NCBI GenBank assembly: GCA_965235115.1
Contig: OZ249442.1
Location: 13,268,001-13,332,000 of the forward strand
DNA: 64,000 nucleotides
Source of the DNA: Laetmonice hystrix
Taxonomy: Eukaryota
Reading direction: 5' to 3'
Positions 25,852 through 40,790 of this stretch are shown here, piece by piece. The notes beneath the pieces are model-generated. The model was not told the DNA's origin, made no database searches, and saw nothing but the letters and a program-made list of their open reading frames with translations. The translations under genes and the position numbers were made by a program. Within the stretch, counting starts at the first letter, position 1. Each line of letters opens with the position of its first letter.

Positions 25852-28800
25852 GTAAGCTCACAGTCAGCCTCTTCACCAAATATTTGGTGGAGAAAGTCAT
25901 GAATACTTTCAACATACACATGTATATAGTGGCCATTTTTTTCACTCTTTTTTGAGTTCATGTGATTCTCCGAAAGACAAAGTACACGTAGTTGAAGTGT
26001 TAACCACAACATCGCTTGAAGGTGTTTTATTCATGCCGTTGTATACATTGCCAATGCCCTATCTCTGTAAGTGAAACATTTGTACTGATCGAAGCACGTT
26101 TTTGTGTACCTGAGTGGCTGAGTGGCTGAGCAGAGAGGCCAATCAATCGAATCCCCTTATCAACAATCAAGATTCAGTGAAGCCAATTATTGTGGATATT
26201 TCTTATAGGTGAGAAAGCCATGGCTCAGTATGATGTAACATGTTATTTATTAGCATTATTCAGTAAATTGTTTACCAAGTTCTGCATTATTGACGCCCGT
26301 CTATATTTAGCCGTTACAACTACGGACCCCATTGTTTGCTGCAGGCTGAACGATTCATTGATCATGGGTAGTATCCATTGAACCCATTGTTTGTTATAGG
26401 TGTCTAATGTACATATTGAACCCGATGTTGCCAGTCCCTAATGTATATGGCGGAGTTCTCAGTGAACAGCTGTCCTTGTACCCAGACGGCTACTGTACTG
26501 TATGTTGGATGTTATGTTGGCCCCCCTTCCATATAGTGCACTGGGACTAAGAGTAGGCCTACTGGGACTTACATGTTCATGGTATATTCTCTTGTCTTTC
26601 TGAAACGTTATTGAAAAAAGTCTTCGCAAAGTCAGAGTGCGGTAGTCGTTTCGGGTCCCAGTTAAGAGTGAAAGTAAATCTCTCAAAGTAATTATTTAAG
26701 AACTAAAAATCTATCACGATTCCCCTGCCCCGGCCCCCTCCCCTGCCCCTCCCCCGTCAGTACCACAACGATGCAGGTTCTGGGTTGTGAGGGAATGGGA
26801 GGAGGGGGCAGTCTCTGTCTGACCCAGCCTGCACCTGAACCTCTGCTGCTGACTCACCTCCTTGTTAGCAGAACCCCATGTCTTGTAATCAAATTAACTT
26901 TCTGCTCCCTGTCAACAAATATTGCTCCAATTTTGTCGAGTGGTTGCTCATTCACGTTGGATTGGATGCAGGGTATGGATAGAGTCGGTGGGAAGAGGAC
27001 ACTGCGAGAATGTGTCACTCTTCACTAAAAGTGTTGTCATGCACAGGGAAATTGCCTCATCAAAACCTGGAAATTTCATATCTGCATAAGAATGACCTGT
27101 CGTAATGGGTGTGGAAGGTTTATGCATGAGCTTCTGTTTGAAGAGGGCAAGCCGCAACCGCAGATTCTGACAAACGAAACTTGATGACTCGAAGAAAAAA
27201 GTCTTTTTAAAATGTGTATGTGAGATGTGTGATGAAACTGGAATCACAAAATGTAACAAAACTGGATCATTTTTCTAGCTGTATACAATCTTTTATCCGG
27301 TGATGCTTCAGAATGATTAATTCATATCTCAGAGCCAGCTGCCATCATCATGCGATAATGGTATCAATCATGTAGAGTTTTTAATTCCTTTCACAGTGTG
27401 AGGATTGCAATTTTAACAAATACTATACATGCAGTGTCGTCTTAATCAGTGCAGCAATCAGTAGGCTGTCAACGATCTTTCGTCTACATTAATTTTCGTA
27501 ATATGATCTTGGCAATGAAAGTGTAAGGGTTCTAGAGCATAATACAGGGAGAAAGCGTTGTTACATGAAATCACATTATTAGGTCAGTGCCAACGCATCA
27601 CCCTTGCTTGCTGTAACTGAGGTCAGGTCATTACTGACAACCTGAAAACATGACAGTGACCTCAACAGACAGGCTGATGGTTTTCTTTCACGACCTCTCG
27701 CTAGCACTGCATTTTTCTGAGTTTTTATATTTTGGCATTTCTCTTTAAAATTGTTCAAAATATAAAGATAAAGTATATGTACTTAATTGTTCAGAAGCAG
27801 TCCTCGTCAAGTAGATGTGCTTCAGTTTGTTTCTTTAATATTAGGCCAATAAATGATTTTTTGAAGGAGGTAAATCCGGGAGAAGCAAATGTTTAAGGGT
27901 CCACGGTCCAATTTGTTCTGTCATAATCGTGATGGGACGGGCATGTTTCCCCGGGACCGAGAGCAGCGTCGCTCGTGCTCGAGTACACGAGGGAGGTACC
28001 TTGACACTGACCAGATTGGGTGATGGGTACATGAGTGGAATACCAATGAGTCTCTTCTCCGTTCGGCTCGGCTCGGCTCGGTTCGGTTCGGTTCGGTTCG
28101 GCTGGCGCTGTCCTTAGGCACGTTTCCGATTAGGACGCTACTCAGTTTAATGGTGCATGATGTCGTGGTCCCGACCCACCATCGCCATCCTTCGACTTCT
28201 GGAATGAAAGTGGAGGGGGGAAGGTGTAGAATTGTGGCCTGTCTCACACATGTATTACAGGCGACATTCTGCATTAGTCCATAACGAGTCTGCTGGCATA
28301 TATATTAAAGGAGTATGACAGAATTTGGTGCATAGATGTATAAATTTGAGATGGATGAAACTTTTAACAAGGTATTTTACATAAACGAGGAACCAAATCA
28401 ATACAGAATTCAACAGCATCTTTATTATTTGTCATTTATAGAATAATTATGCAGACCGAGTATGGTGGTATCCTTTATGTTTCAATGAAAGTTAGTTCAA
28501 TTCATTACTGTAGCAGGGATGAACATGAAGGCTTTTGTTCCGAATTAAAGATATTCTAATTCACGAACGCTGTTTATACAAGATGTACAAGATTCTCGAG
28601 GTACATTCTCAGCAGCGCCTTTCCGCGTCAGGCAAGTTACGGTACGCAGCGAGTGGAGAGAGTGCCCGACAACATAAAACCATTTCATGGTAGGCCTTGT
28701 CGTGAAAATGACAGTATAGGTAGAGTTCTAGGCTCAGGGTTCCGATCGGTCGGTCTTACACCAGCCAATGAGACGCCTAAGCTTTCGTAAGAATTCTGCT

Positions 28801-29312
28801 CAGTGGTCGTCTTCTTTAGATACTTAGAGATGGAGAAATGACCACCAAGAAATAAAACAAAATAACGCATTCCGTAAAGATAAGTATTTTCAAAACAAAA
28901 CACGACTGAATTGTCCAGAGATATCATAATACGGTCCTGCGACCAAGGACTCTTGACTGCTAGCCACTTAGTACAGCCGGCCACCTCCAAGGTCGTGATA
29001 TATTGGCCAGCAAGTATAGATGACCTCACGCCTGATTCACCATGATCTTCATTCTGGGCTTCATGAACTCACATCGGGCGTGCGCCTTGTCAACTTCAAT
29101 GGTTTCGTGTTCGACCAAAGAAAAACCAATTTTCATGGTCAGCCATCACATGATGATAATCCGATCAAAGACAACTGGTCCTGATATTGAGCGTCCATTA
29201 AAGGGAGTCCTACACAGTACAGAGGAGAGTGATAATCTGATTGTGTTGGCGTGGAAGTGAGGAGCAGGCCATGAGATTAACGTGGTCCAGTCATGTGGCC
29301 GCGATCTGACCT

Positions 29313-30180
29313 CCGCCGAACATCTCCCGCAGACACTGGTCACTGCAGCCCACCGCCCAACATCTCCCGCAGACACTGGTCACTGCAACCCACCACCGAA
29401 CATCTCCCGCAGACACTGGTCACTGCAACCCACCACCGAACATCTCCCGCAGACACTGGTCACTGCAACCCACCACCCAACATCTCCCGCAGACACTGGT
29501 CACTGCAACCCACCACCGAACATCTCCCGCAGACACTGGTCACTGCAACCCACCACCGAACATCTCCCGCAGACACTGGTCACTGCAGCCCACCGCCGGA
29601 CATCTCCCGTAGACACTGGTCACTGCAGCCCACCACCGAACATCTCCCGCAGACACTGGTCACTGCAGCCCACCGCCGAACATCTCCCGCAGACACTGGT
29701 CACTGCAGCCCACCGCCGAACATCTCCCGCAGACACTGGTCACTGCAGCCCACCGCCGAACATCTCCCGCAGACACTGGTCACTGCAGCCCACCGCCCAA
29801 CATCTCCCACAGACACTGGTCACTGCAGCCCACCGCCGAACATCTCCCGCAGACACTGGTCACTGCAGCCCACCGCCCAACATCTCCCACAGACACTGGT
29901 CACTGCAGCCCACCGCCCAACATCTCCCGTAGACACTGGTCACTGCAGCCCACCGCCGAACATCTCCCGCAGACACTGGTCACTGCAGCCCACCGCCCAA
30001 CATCTCCCGTAGACACTGGTCACTGCAACCCACCGCCCAACATCTCCCGCAGACACTGGTCACTGCAGCCCACCGCCCAACATCTCCCGCAGACACTGGT
30101 CACTGCAGCCCACCGCCCAACATCTCCCGCAGACACTGGTCACTGCAGCCCACCGCCGAACATCTCCTGCAGCCCACCGC
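29313..30180. repeat. Minisatellite, 40-bp unit, about 21 copies
   Basis: AACATCTCCCGCAGACACTGGTCACTGCAGCCCACCGCC(G/C) recurs with a 40-bp period, and the last unit has an internal deletion. Confidence 0.97.
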
Positions 30181-32899
30181 ACAGAGATGCACAATAATTT
30201 CCAGCCAATCGGACGCCGAGTGGCCATTTACTGCCGGGATCAATGCTCAAGTAGCATGATCACGATCACGGTCGGGTTTCTCTTCATGCGTCTTGATCTT
30301 GGCGGGAACGTAACGCGATACCCCCGGTACGTGTGGTAGAGATTCACTCTGCAGTTTCTCACATTGCATGGAGTCATCCAGCGATGAAATCGTCTCTTCC
30401 ATGCTGACTCACTGATAATTTGGTATCGTCTGTCCAGCCCATCTTTTTCTATCCTCCATTTACTAGACGGGAAAGCCTTGCACTTCTGGCAGCAGATGAT
30501 GTAAAAGGTATAGTTGTTCTTGGCACTAGCTGACGGGCAACATATACCCTTAGTGACACGGCATTCCCATGGGCTTATAATGTTCTGACGGAAATTGTTG
30601 GGGGTTCAGATGGAATAATAATCCTTAGAGTATTGGACTAACAATGTTGTCATCAATGAAAGAGAAGCTGAAAGAAAACCTCGCTTGTTGTAGATCGGAG
30701 CAGCGGCAGCGCATTCATTGGGGACTATTTTGTCTGGCGGCAAGGTCGTATAGGTAAAAAACGTGGTGTGAATTGTTTATAAAGCCACCAGCCAGACACC
30801 TGACTAGGTTTTTCTTACATCTCGTTCCCTAATTGGCTTAGCATTGACGACAAAGAAACCAGGGCAATTGGCCAGTCAGTCCGACCATGTCTCTAGGCTG
30901 TAGCAGTCAGATAGACCTTGTCTCTAGGCTGTAGCAGGCAGTCAGACTCTGTCTCTAGGCTGTAGTGACCAATGGGGTTACACCCCCCACCCCCCTCGCC
31001 TCGTGCCCTGTGGTAAGTGGACCCCATGGTGGTAGGGTGTGTTTAATGTCAATGTTTACCGTCCTCAGGGTCTTAGATTCATTAATAGTCAGTGACGAGG
31101 ACAGTTACTGTTAAAGCTGAAGGCTATAGGCCAGATTGGGCTAAGGCGTACGTGGTTAACGTGAAATTCGAGGGTTGCTCTAACTGTACGCTAACATGGG
31201 AATAGGACAGCAAGTCAAACAGTATCCACTGCTCAGTTAACTTGCTAACGTTCACCTCAGCGGGGCCGCAATGAACTCTGTCGATAGAAACAGCTAGTTT
31301 TAAGCCCATCTGGAGAATTTCGCACCATTTTTAATATGAGGGACATCACGTAGCATTCATTGCCAGCTTCCGAACTTGCAGCCTGGTAAAATAGCGCTGT
31401 CTGTGCCCTGTTTCAGTGATAGGCCAGTTAGGAATTAAGGAGGGAATGACTGATGGTGATACCAGGCAGGATATGGACGTCGAATTGGCCAAGGTGCATT
31501 TGATGGCTAGTTAGTTTTATCTCGAGATAATCGCCCCGAATCCCGGGGATTAGCGCTAATGATCATGTCATTCCATCGGTCATTTTGTGAGCTCGGCATC
31601 TTTGGCTGATCATCCGCACGAGTTGCCGCCGCCACACTGCAGGCTGCGCCCCCCGTGCTAAGTGAAAGGGTCCCGAAACGTGTTTAAATGGAAATGTATA
31701 GAGGCTAGTTCTCTTAACCAGCATTCATCCCTTCTAACTTGTTTGTATGTGTGACACCCTGCAGATGACTCCATCTAATGGGAACATAATTGCGTCTAGG
31801 TTATTTCAGGAATCAAGATTGGCATTTAGATCGGCCTTGTAATGCCAGCGAAAAGAGAGTAATGTCCGTTTTTTACGGTAATAGTAATACAGGAAGCCCC
31901 ACTGGAAGCTCAAGTAGCAGTTTCTGTGGGGTAACTGACAATATGCTACAGCCGCTCGCGACAAGTCGCCAGGGAAGCAGGCACTTTGACGCCGTGAACG
32001 TTCCAAGTTTGACAGCGCGCTCTCCTGTGGTCGTTTATCTGTGCTGGTGCTGATGCTCAGCCACCGAACGGTGTGATTGCGTTAACGTTTGCACAGAGCT
32101 CATTCCCTGAACGCAAACCCCACCACAAACCTTGCCATTTCCCCCACATCCACAGCTGCCTCGTGCTTTCACCACACCGAATTAGAGAGCTGCGGAATCT
32201 AATATCGCTTGGATGGATAATCAACTTTCCATGAGGTTTTTTTCCATCCTCCAACGCCAGCCTGTCCGCCGCCAGAGTCCATGGTGCACGGAGCTACCAT
32301 TTGCCCAGATGCAGGCAGAACACAAGTTAATGACATCAGCTATAGGTTATGGAGAACAGATTTTATATATGTTATGGCCTGGGATTAATGAGCTTAGCTG
32401 ATGAGTAGGTCTGGAAACTGCCATAATGACGTGATGGTATTTGGACTGGTTCGTGAGAATCCATGGCCTGACAGGATGTAGAGGGGCAGGGCCCACCAGA
32501 CGTATAGATTTACTGCCAGGCTCCTGGTCGGCACCGATTCTCTGCCGCACATTCCGCCTGAGACAATTCTCACTGCGTATAATATGCAAGGATCTTATTT
32601 AGATTTTGATGGCAGTAAACGTTACGATGTTAATCAGCCATCAGCCGTAAATTTCCATATTTTCTTGCCTAAAGCCATCAGTTGGGATTCCTTTCTGTGG
32701 ACCTATAGGTTGACTATTCTGATGTATTGTTACAGCATACTTTTTAGTATGTACGACGGCCTGTCAGTAATCAAGTCCTAAGACACCAGTCCTACAGTTT
32801 GCTACCAAACGGTCACATCCTATCAGGGATAACTGATCGACTATCCAGTCAGTTTTTAAACAGATTCTTCGTAAAGATTGAGATCCATTCGGAGAACTC

Positions 32900-33245
32900 A
32901 CCCCTCATACCCTTCAATACTCAGAGGTGGGGGCCATTTCCAGCAGTTCTCCATTGCTTAATCTCCGTCTACAAGTTTTACCTTGTCCTATCCTTTGATA
33001 CATTTAATTTATACAATCTCCGAATACACTGGGGCGATGCCAGCCCCTCTCAGCTTGGCCAGTCGACAAAGGTTAGTTTACCTAACATTACCAATATCTC
33101 CATCAGTCGTTGATTAGGTCGGATAAGTGTAATTTGAAACCACAGAGGCTTTCCATAATGTAACGTGGTTATTGTCCAGTCCCCATTGTTGACTTGTACT
33201 ACCAATTTTCTGTCAAGCAATATCTCTATAAGCCAGTCGAACCTC
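32900..33245 (-). mobile_element. Degenerate LINE (CR1/L2-like) reverse-transcriptase remnant
   Basis: Minus-strand fragments occur in RT order, interrupted by stops and frameshifts: WLIEILLDRKLVVQVNNG, LIND, KLTFVD, YKLNVSK and PPPLSIEG. These resemble the non-LTR RT motifs W..SFL.DR.Q.V.VNG, YINDL, FADD/YVDD, L.LN.SKT and PPL.IDG. Confidence 0.5.
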
Positions 33246-36200
33246 ATTTGGCATTAATTGGGAAGCGGTCGGGCGGGGGGGGGGGGGATTCCTATATTGA
33301 CATCAAAGGCCATCGATGATACGTTGCCTTAGGTTAAAGCAAGATTTCATTCTGATGTCTGCGATTTACTGAAATAATATCTACCATTCACTTATTCCCT
33401 TTATCTTCTTCGAAAAATGGAGTTGGCTTTATTATGACAGAAAATACACTCTATTGACCTCTCTATGAAATGAGTTATGATTAACCTGTAATACCTGGGC
33501 ATCTAAAAACAAAATATATCAGTAAATAAACTGATTTACGGATATCAACGTCAGAACGTGTGAAGTAGTAACCCATTATGTTACGTAACAGACCTTGTGA
33601 TTAGCTGGCCTCGATGGGTCCGCTGATTTCGTTACGTCTTTCCTGTAATTATACCATCCACCAGTCGAGGAGAGGTGACAAGCCCAGCTGGCCAGCGGTT
33701 GCCTTGTCGGCATCTCAATCAGCCGCAGCCGGTGTCGTCTGGTCGTTGTGACGTCACCAAGGTCAGCCGGGACTTGACCCCGCCCCGCCCAACCAATAAC
33801 GAGCTCCGTGTTGTCATTATCGCCGGTTATCATTATGCCTTGACATGTCCAGCCTTGACAGGGGTCGAATCAGGAAGCCAGGATGGCAGAAGGCAATAAA
33901 AGGTCTTGATGGGCCTCAGGGACTCCACTTAGTGCCCTCAAAAACGCAAGGCTGACCGAGGTGGATCAGCCCGGTCAAATTAATCGCTCATTTCTGGGAG
34001 CAACACCCACAAAACAATGGTACTAATGACCGTAGGGGTCGCGGAATGGGTACTCGGGATAGGATGAAACAGGCTCATGTACAGATGGACATGGGCGGAG
34101 AACATAATGAGGTTTGTTAATGGGATTTGTGGCTTTGGTGACTTGAACGTCTGAGTAACTGTTGTGCTAACAGGGATGTCCCTCATGAACCAGTCTCAGC
34201 CATAGGTTAAGTTTATTTGAGATTGCATGGCATTTTTTCATGTGGAGTTAAATGTGTGGAAATCTGATAATGCGTTTATTAGTTGGATAGGTCAAGGTGA
34301 CAGCAGATTTATGTATTATGTTATTAATTGTAAATATTATGGCAGCATTTTTAGTGATAGTGGGACTAGTCATACCTGATCAATTTTTAGACTAATGTGA
34401 ACAAGGTTGCGCACATCAGTGGTAATTAAAGCATAATAATTAAGTGCCCATAACAGTCACTAACCAGCAAAATCTTAATGAAGTCGCTCTAAACGTGCGC
34501 AGTAAAAGTGAAAAAGGACATAAACAATATGCCTTCCTGCATGCAAATGACATTTATGAACATGTTTAGGGACAAAAACTTAGTCATTACCAGGGAGTTT
34601 AGGTTGGAAAAACCTTCCAGATATGGACGAGCAGAGCGTTGATGGCAGGTGGGCACGCGATCTGGGCATTGTTTGCTTCGGGCGTGTGCTGGCACATCTA
34701 TACGTCCCAAACCACCAGTATGACGTTATCATTCCCTCTGCCCCAGTATGCCCCCTCTCTCTGTCCCAGTATAGTCGTCCCTCTAGGTCTAGCTTCTCCT
34801 ACTGTCCGGAACGGCTGTCGTTTCTCTAGATAAACCATATGTTTCTCCAGATAATGCTCCTTGATAGGATAAGCGTCCCTTTACCCCACAACACTGCAGT
34901 CCACCCTCAAGGTAACCATTTCTTTCTCCCATGGATTATGAGTTAATTGGAGGGCATTAATAATTTTATCACCAGACCAATTATTGGAAATGGTCGCGGT
35001 ACCTTCAGTACCTCCCCCTGTAACTTGTCGAGTAAGAAATGTCAATAGCCAAGAGGAAGGATGTCAGTTCAGTCAGCACCCAAAACGGTTGTTAGCAATT
35101 TGCCCACGTCCCTTTTTTTATGGGGACGGATGTTAATTAACCAAGAAGCTGTGCAACCTTGGGCTACAGGCTATCAGGAACCACCAAAAAACACACCCGC
35201 GATCGTAAAGTTTTCATGGCGTGGTCGGTGGCTGTTGGCGGCGTCATGAATACCGTATGGGTGACGTGTTTTATTCATGGTGACCATGGCGATTGGCGGT
35301 GTAAGGGACTCCGCACTGACGGAAGTCGCAAGATTTCATTGGTCGAAACCTTATGCTGAGGCCTACAAGGGTCAAGATGTAAACACGTTATTGCAGACCA
35401 CTGAAAAGGTCATTAAGCCACACATCTATAAATATTCGCTTTACCAATTAATCAGTATTAATGGTTAAGTTGAAGACGAGGAAGAATTTCACAGGCGCAC
35501 AGTGACTTTACGTTTTCCTTACAAATAAGATAGAGGAAGAGAACCCCAATTATAATGGAAGTATATCTATGTAGGCTACGAGTGTCTTTCACAGTGCACC
35601 CTGTCAAGGAAATATAGTTTATGTAATTTATTTAGATTCCACATGTGTGACACGATAAAAAGTCATCAAAACCTTGAATACATGTACTAGCAAAACCATT
35701 TCCATAAATCATTATACCGGGGGTATTTAAGGATGGTCTAATGAACATGCCTCACGCGAAAAACCCTTGAGTTTAGTGGGCCAGTTCATGCTGTCTACTG
35801 GGCCGTCAAGAGAACGCTAAAGATAATATCGGATCTCACGATGTACGATACGTAACGTTACGGAATACCAGCAAAAGCCAATCGCTGAATTTCTCGTAGA
35901 TGTGACCCAGATATTCTACCAATCACAACATAACCCAGTCATCTAGGTCATCCATCGACCAATCAGCTTCTAGGTCAGGTTTCTGGCCTGAGATGAACCT
36001 GGTGGGATTAACTAATTACTATACCGATCGAAGTCTTTATTTACTCTGTGGGTCTGGTTTACGTCATAAATGTCAAGGTTATGTAGCTGTATTGTAGCTG
36101 TAGGTCATATAATATGTTATAATCACTTCAGGAGGGCACACCAAGGAATGGAAAGTGATGTTTTAATTTGGAGCGAAATATTTACATCCAACTTGATATA

Positions 36201-39200
36201 TGAAAAGCTATTCCTGAAATCTTTATATTGCTCCTTGTATATGTCTCTCCATTTTATTGTAATTTCCAGTGACTTCTCATTATCTACCATAAATAAATAA
36301 CCTTGTGGTTGAACGGTAGCTTTGGGTGCCAACGTCGCTCGTAGAATGGCAGAATCGCTCAATGAAATCTTCGACTGTGTCATAGAATTCAAGTAGTGAA
36401 AGGTTGTGAAAATACTGACATTGGCGTATCAGCGCCCAAACGTACAAAATGTGGGAATTTCCTACCGGGCCCTCTACAAATCAATAGCTCGGTAATGGCT
36501 TTAGGGGCCACCAGAGGACCCAATATTATTAGCTCCATGAAACATTAATAGGGAAATACAATATTATATATATTGGTTGTGCCAATTGATGGCATGGGTT
36601 CAAATAGAGCGTTGACTCTGATGGAAACTGACTGGAGGTCGGACACCAAAGCCTTTCCACATTACCGAACACAGTCCGTGTTTGTGTTGCTACTTTGATG
36701 TGTTTTTTGATGGCGCTAGTACGAGAAGGTACAGATAGACTGCAGTCTGTGAATATTGGACTTGGCGAGTATAGATCTGCGTATGTTCCAGACGCCAGGG
36801 GGTGTAAATATGGGTGATAATTAGAATAATTTACCCCTGCCCCCTCTGGTATAATGAGGTTATATTTAGAAATAACAGTTTAGATTTTTTTTTAAATGAC
36901 TAACCTGTTTGAAAGTGTTTGAAACACTGACTTGATAAGTGGTCGGCATGTGGTACAGTTTGACCGCGGGGCATCATGCACCGTTTAGTGTCCACCAGCA
37001 GACAGACGGCCCTCTCCCCTGAGCTGGGGGTGGGGGTGTACAGCCGCCATGCTAGTTGGTATCAGCACAGTCCATTTGGCTCACTATCACCCCATATGTC
37101 ATCCTTTACGCCAAGCGGCCACGAAAAACTACTGATGGTACCTAAAACTGATCTGTATAGTAAAAAGATGGATATTGCATGCCTGTTAAAACGTAGGGCG
37201 GAAACATGTGAGGTGTATTTTTCTTGCAATGTTCGAACAGGAATTATTTGTCGGTGGTCTGTTTAAGTGGAATCAGAAGTGAAAGATGATATTGCAGAGC
37301 CACTATTTTTGTAGACCAACAGGGAGTTTTCATTCCACTTGGCCTGCCAGTGGTGTACATGATCTGTATGGCTTGGTATCCCTGGATTCCATCAAGTTGA
37401 TTTATTTCCCCTGCCCATGACTTCAGGAGAATATTTTTGATATGGGGGGGGGGGGGGGTCAAAGCGGTGCCTTTTTAAAAGGTTTTCGATGAGGTAAAGG
37501 TAGAGGTAAAGATCTACAGGTTATCCCGACCGGAAGAAGTGTTACTGTTAGATGAAACGCTTGCTTTATCAAACACCTCTTTCCAGACGGTGGACTTTCC
37601 TCTGGCCAGCCCCCTCTCCGACTAGTGGCTGTCGGCTCCAACTCAAATAACATGCAGATTTGACTAATTGGGCTAAATTGGGAAGCCATTCCTACGATTG
37701 AATCGCTGAGGCAAGTGGCGAGCGGCAAAGGTGGCCGGGGGCAGGAGGAATCTGCACGTGACTCACTCTGACCAGCGTCTTGTTACGCCACCTATCGGCA
37801 GCGACGTGTGCTGAGGAGACGGCCGTGACTCCCTCCCGTAGGGCTCTGCTTTAATTGCTAAGGACGATGGGGCCTGATTGGCTGTACTGGAGTCGCTGGG
37901 CCGCTCCAGAGACCATACAGCGAAAAGGGCACTTGACCCAGTTGGTATCACGGGTGTTCCTGATACTCGTGCTTCTTTTTCCATGGCGAGAAGATGATGC
38001 TCTGCATTGAAATCAAAAAGATAAAGGCGCGCGGGTTGCCATCCTTGGATGTCACCCACGGTGACGTTTCGGGTGTTGCCCTGGAAACGCTTACCGTCGT
38101 CTGCCCAACGTGACACGTCGGTTTCCCAAAGTGCGGTTGTATTGACGGGAGCAGGGATTAGCCGTCGTCTTGGAAGGGGGCGCTGTCTGTGGGTTGATTA
38201 CAGGGACAGCCTGTGGGTCGTCGCGAACACGGGGCGCTCCCTGTGTCCCCGGTTTAACCAGACAGCGACCCTCAGGGTGGGTGTGTGGGTGTGTGGGGGG
38301 GGGGGGGGGGTGTCCCATGGCGGTTGGGGACCCTTTCACCGGGTCGATTGGCCAGTGGCAGGGACCACCCGATGGCTGTCTCCAGCCCTCCCATTCGGCT
38401 TACCACCACCGGCCCCCAGGTGTCAGTGCAGTCGTCTCAACAGCTTCAACCGTTCCCATTGGACCCTCGATCGCCGCTGACGTTACGTCATGCATACGAC
38501 ACGGTCGTCTGCTCAAGGCCGTGCGGATAATCCCTCCATGCACTTCAAAAGGTCCGTCAGAGGTGTACGAGTGGATGTGAAGGCTTCTGGATGTTCAACC
38601 GAATTGGCCCACTGGGCGGTCATTGGTCTGAGGCCTCATAATGGGGAGGGGGATTAATTTTGGCTTCACTCCACATTTTTAAGAGGTGGGGATTCCTGAC
38701 AGCTGTCTTTGAGGTTGATAAGAGTGACAGGTGGTAAACACAATTTTATGCGCACCGTCTCAGTGTTAATGTAAGAAGTGTAGCCGAATAAGACTCTTTC
38801 CAAAGATTGAGCACCTTGTAAGGAATCCTGTTGCCGATATCTCGAGTGTAAGTACCCGATGGAACAGTGCCGCTGGGAAATGATATCTGTCAGGGACCTG
38901 TTTCACATGTTACAGAAAGATTTTAAAATTCCCAAGATGGCCTAACTAAAAGGATTTGATTGATTACTCCTGTCATGGGACATTTCAGAGTCCCACTTGA
39001 AGCATCTTTCGTGTGCGAATCATGCAATCAACCACTTCCAGACTTTGCCTCAATTGCACATGAGAGGCAGTAAGGCATGGAAGTATTGAAAGTATTGGTC
39101 TCCAAACTATTGTTGTATGGTCGAGTAGCTAAGGAAAGTTTCGCAAGGAAGCTTTGAGTAAAGCATTTTTGACTGAACACAGCCATTTCTGATTTGCTAA

Positions 39201-40308
39201 GCACTGGCGGATCATTCATTTTGATTCTTTTCTTGTTAGTCAGCAAGCATTGCCCCAACCTATCGAGTATATTCCTTTTGAGATCGTAAAACGGTGTTCT
39301 TGCCATCCAAAATAACGCACACTTGTATGTGTTATAGAAATTGAAGAGAAAGAAACATGTTTCAGCAGTTATTGGACTGTAAATATAGGATACCAAGTAG
39401 ATAATGAAATTACTACCGAATTCTGATGATTTGGATTATGAGTGACAACAGTAATGATGGATTAACCCTTTGAACCAACGTGCTTAATTTCCACCTATTA
39501 TAAAAAGGTCACGCTGGAAACCGACTTACTGAGTCACTGAGAAAGGAACACTGGGGCTACCTTGGCCTGGCCTCGTGCTCGAGCGGTTGACGTGATCATG
39601 TCATTGACGTGATGTCCTGATTCACGTGACCTCATCACACAGCGTCATGTTGTACGGACGCACGCCAGCAGGACAAGTTTACCTGGGTTTGGGGGACGCT
39701 CTCTGCTCATTACAGGTGGGCTGACGGCAGGGGGAGACGCCATGAGATACGAGACGCCCTGATGTCTTCTAATTGTCGTCAGGATGCTGGCCAGCACCAG
39801 ATGGCGCTGTCAGGGGGCCTTCCTGCTGACCTCAATGCTTCCATTTGTCGATATCAAGTAGGATAGAGAAGAAATATCCACGATATCTACGATATTCGGT
39901 ATTATCAGCTTCAGACCGTCTGCAATTTTACAATCACCCATAAGAAACATGTAGACGACAGCTAAGATTTTGTAAAAGGGGTATTTGATTGATGCAGATT
40001 TGGTTTGTTTATTCGAGACGCCAGCTGTAATTCAGTCCCACTTTACCGTAAGAAAACCATTGTTTATTGAAAGAAAAGGCAGGGAAACTACCTTGGACGA
40101 GAGTGTCTGTTCTAGTGGCGATAACATACCAATGGTTCGTTCCCTCCAGTAGTATGTGAATGTTGTCGTAATCAATATGTACAATACGAAAAGGTACAAG
40201 CCGTTTCATCAGTGTCAGTAAAGGTGACACTATCTCGGCTGTAACATCCGTCCTATTTATAGGATGTTATAAGCGCTCAGGTTGAAAGGAAATAATGAGA
40301 ATCGGTGG

Positions 40309-40790
40309 AATACTCATTCAGTTAATGAAAACTTATGGCGCCTCGCGGAATGATGGTTCATATAATACTCATTCAGTTAATGAAAACTTATGGCGCCTCG
40401 CGGAATGAAGGTTCATATAATACTCATTCAGTTAATGAAAACTTATGGCGCCTCGCGGAATGATGGTTCATATAATACTCATTCAGTTAATGAAAACTTA
40501 TGGCGCCTCGCGGAATGAAGGTTCTTATAATACTCATTCAGTTAATGAAAACTTATGGCGCCTCGCGGAATGAAGGTTCATATAATACTCATTCAGTTAA
40601 TGAAAACTTATGGCGCCTCGCGGAATGAAGGTTCATATAATACTCATTCAGTTAATGAAAACTTATGGCGCCTCGCGGAATGAAGGTTCATATAATACTC
40701 ATTCAGTTAATGAAAACTTATGGCGCCTCGCGGAATGAAGGTTCATATAATACTCATTCAGTTAATGAAAACTTATGGCGCCTCGCGGAA
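40309..40790. repeat. Minisatellite, 55-bp unit, about 9 copies
   Basis: AATACTCATTCAGTTAATGAAAACTTATGGCGCCTCGCGGAATGA(A/T)GGTTCATAT recurs at 40309, 40364 and onward. Confidence 0.97.

Noticed and set aside
29282-30012. 216-aa and 239-aa ORFs
   Set aside because: A 40-bp unit is not a multiple of 3, so the peptides just cycle through frames.
30240-30605. 121-codon stop-free minus-strand frame missed by the ORF track, Cys-rich and faintly THAP-like
   Set aside because: It has no early start codon or clear splice boundaries and the THAP consensus is not met. Several frames this long are expected by chance in 64 kb.
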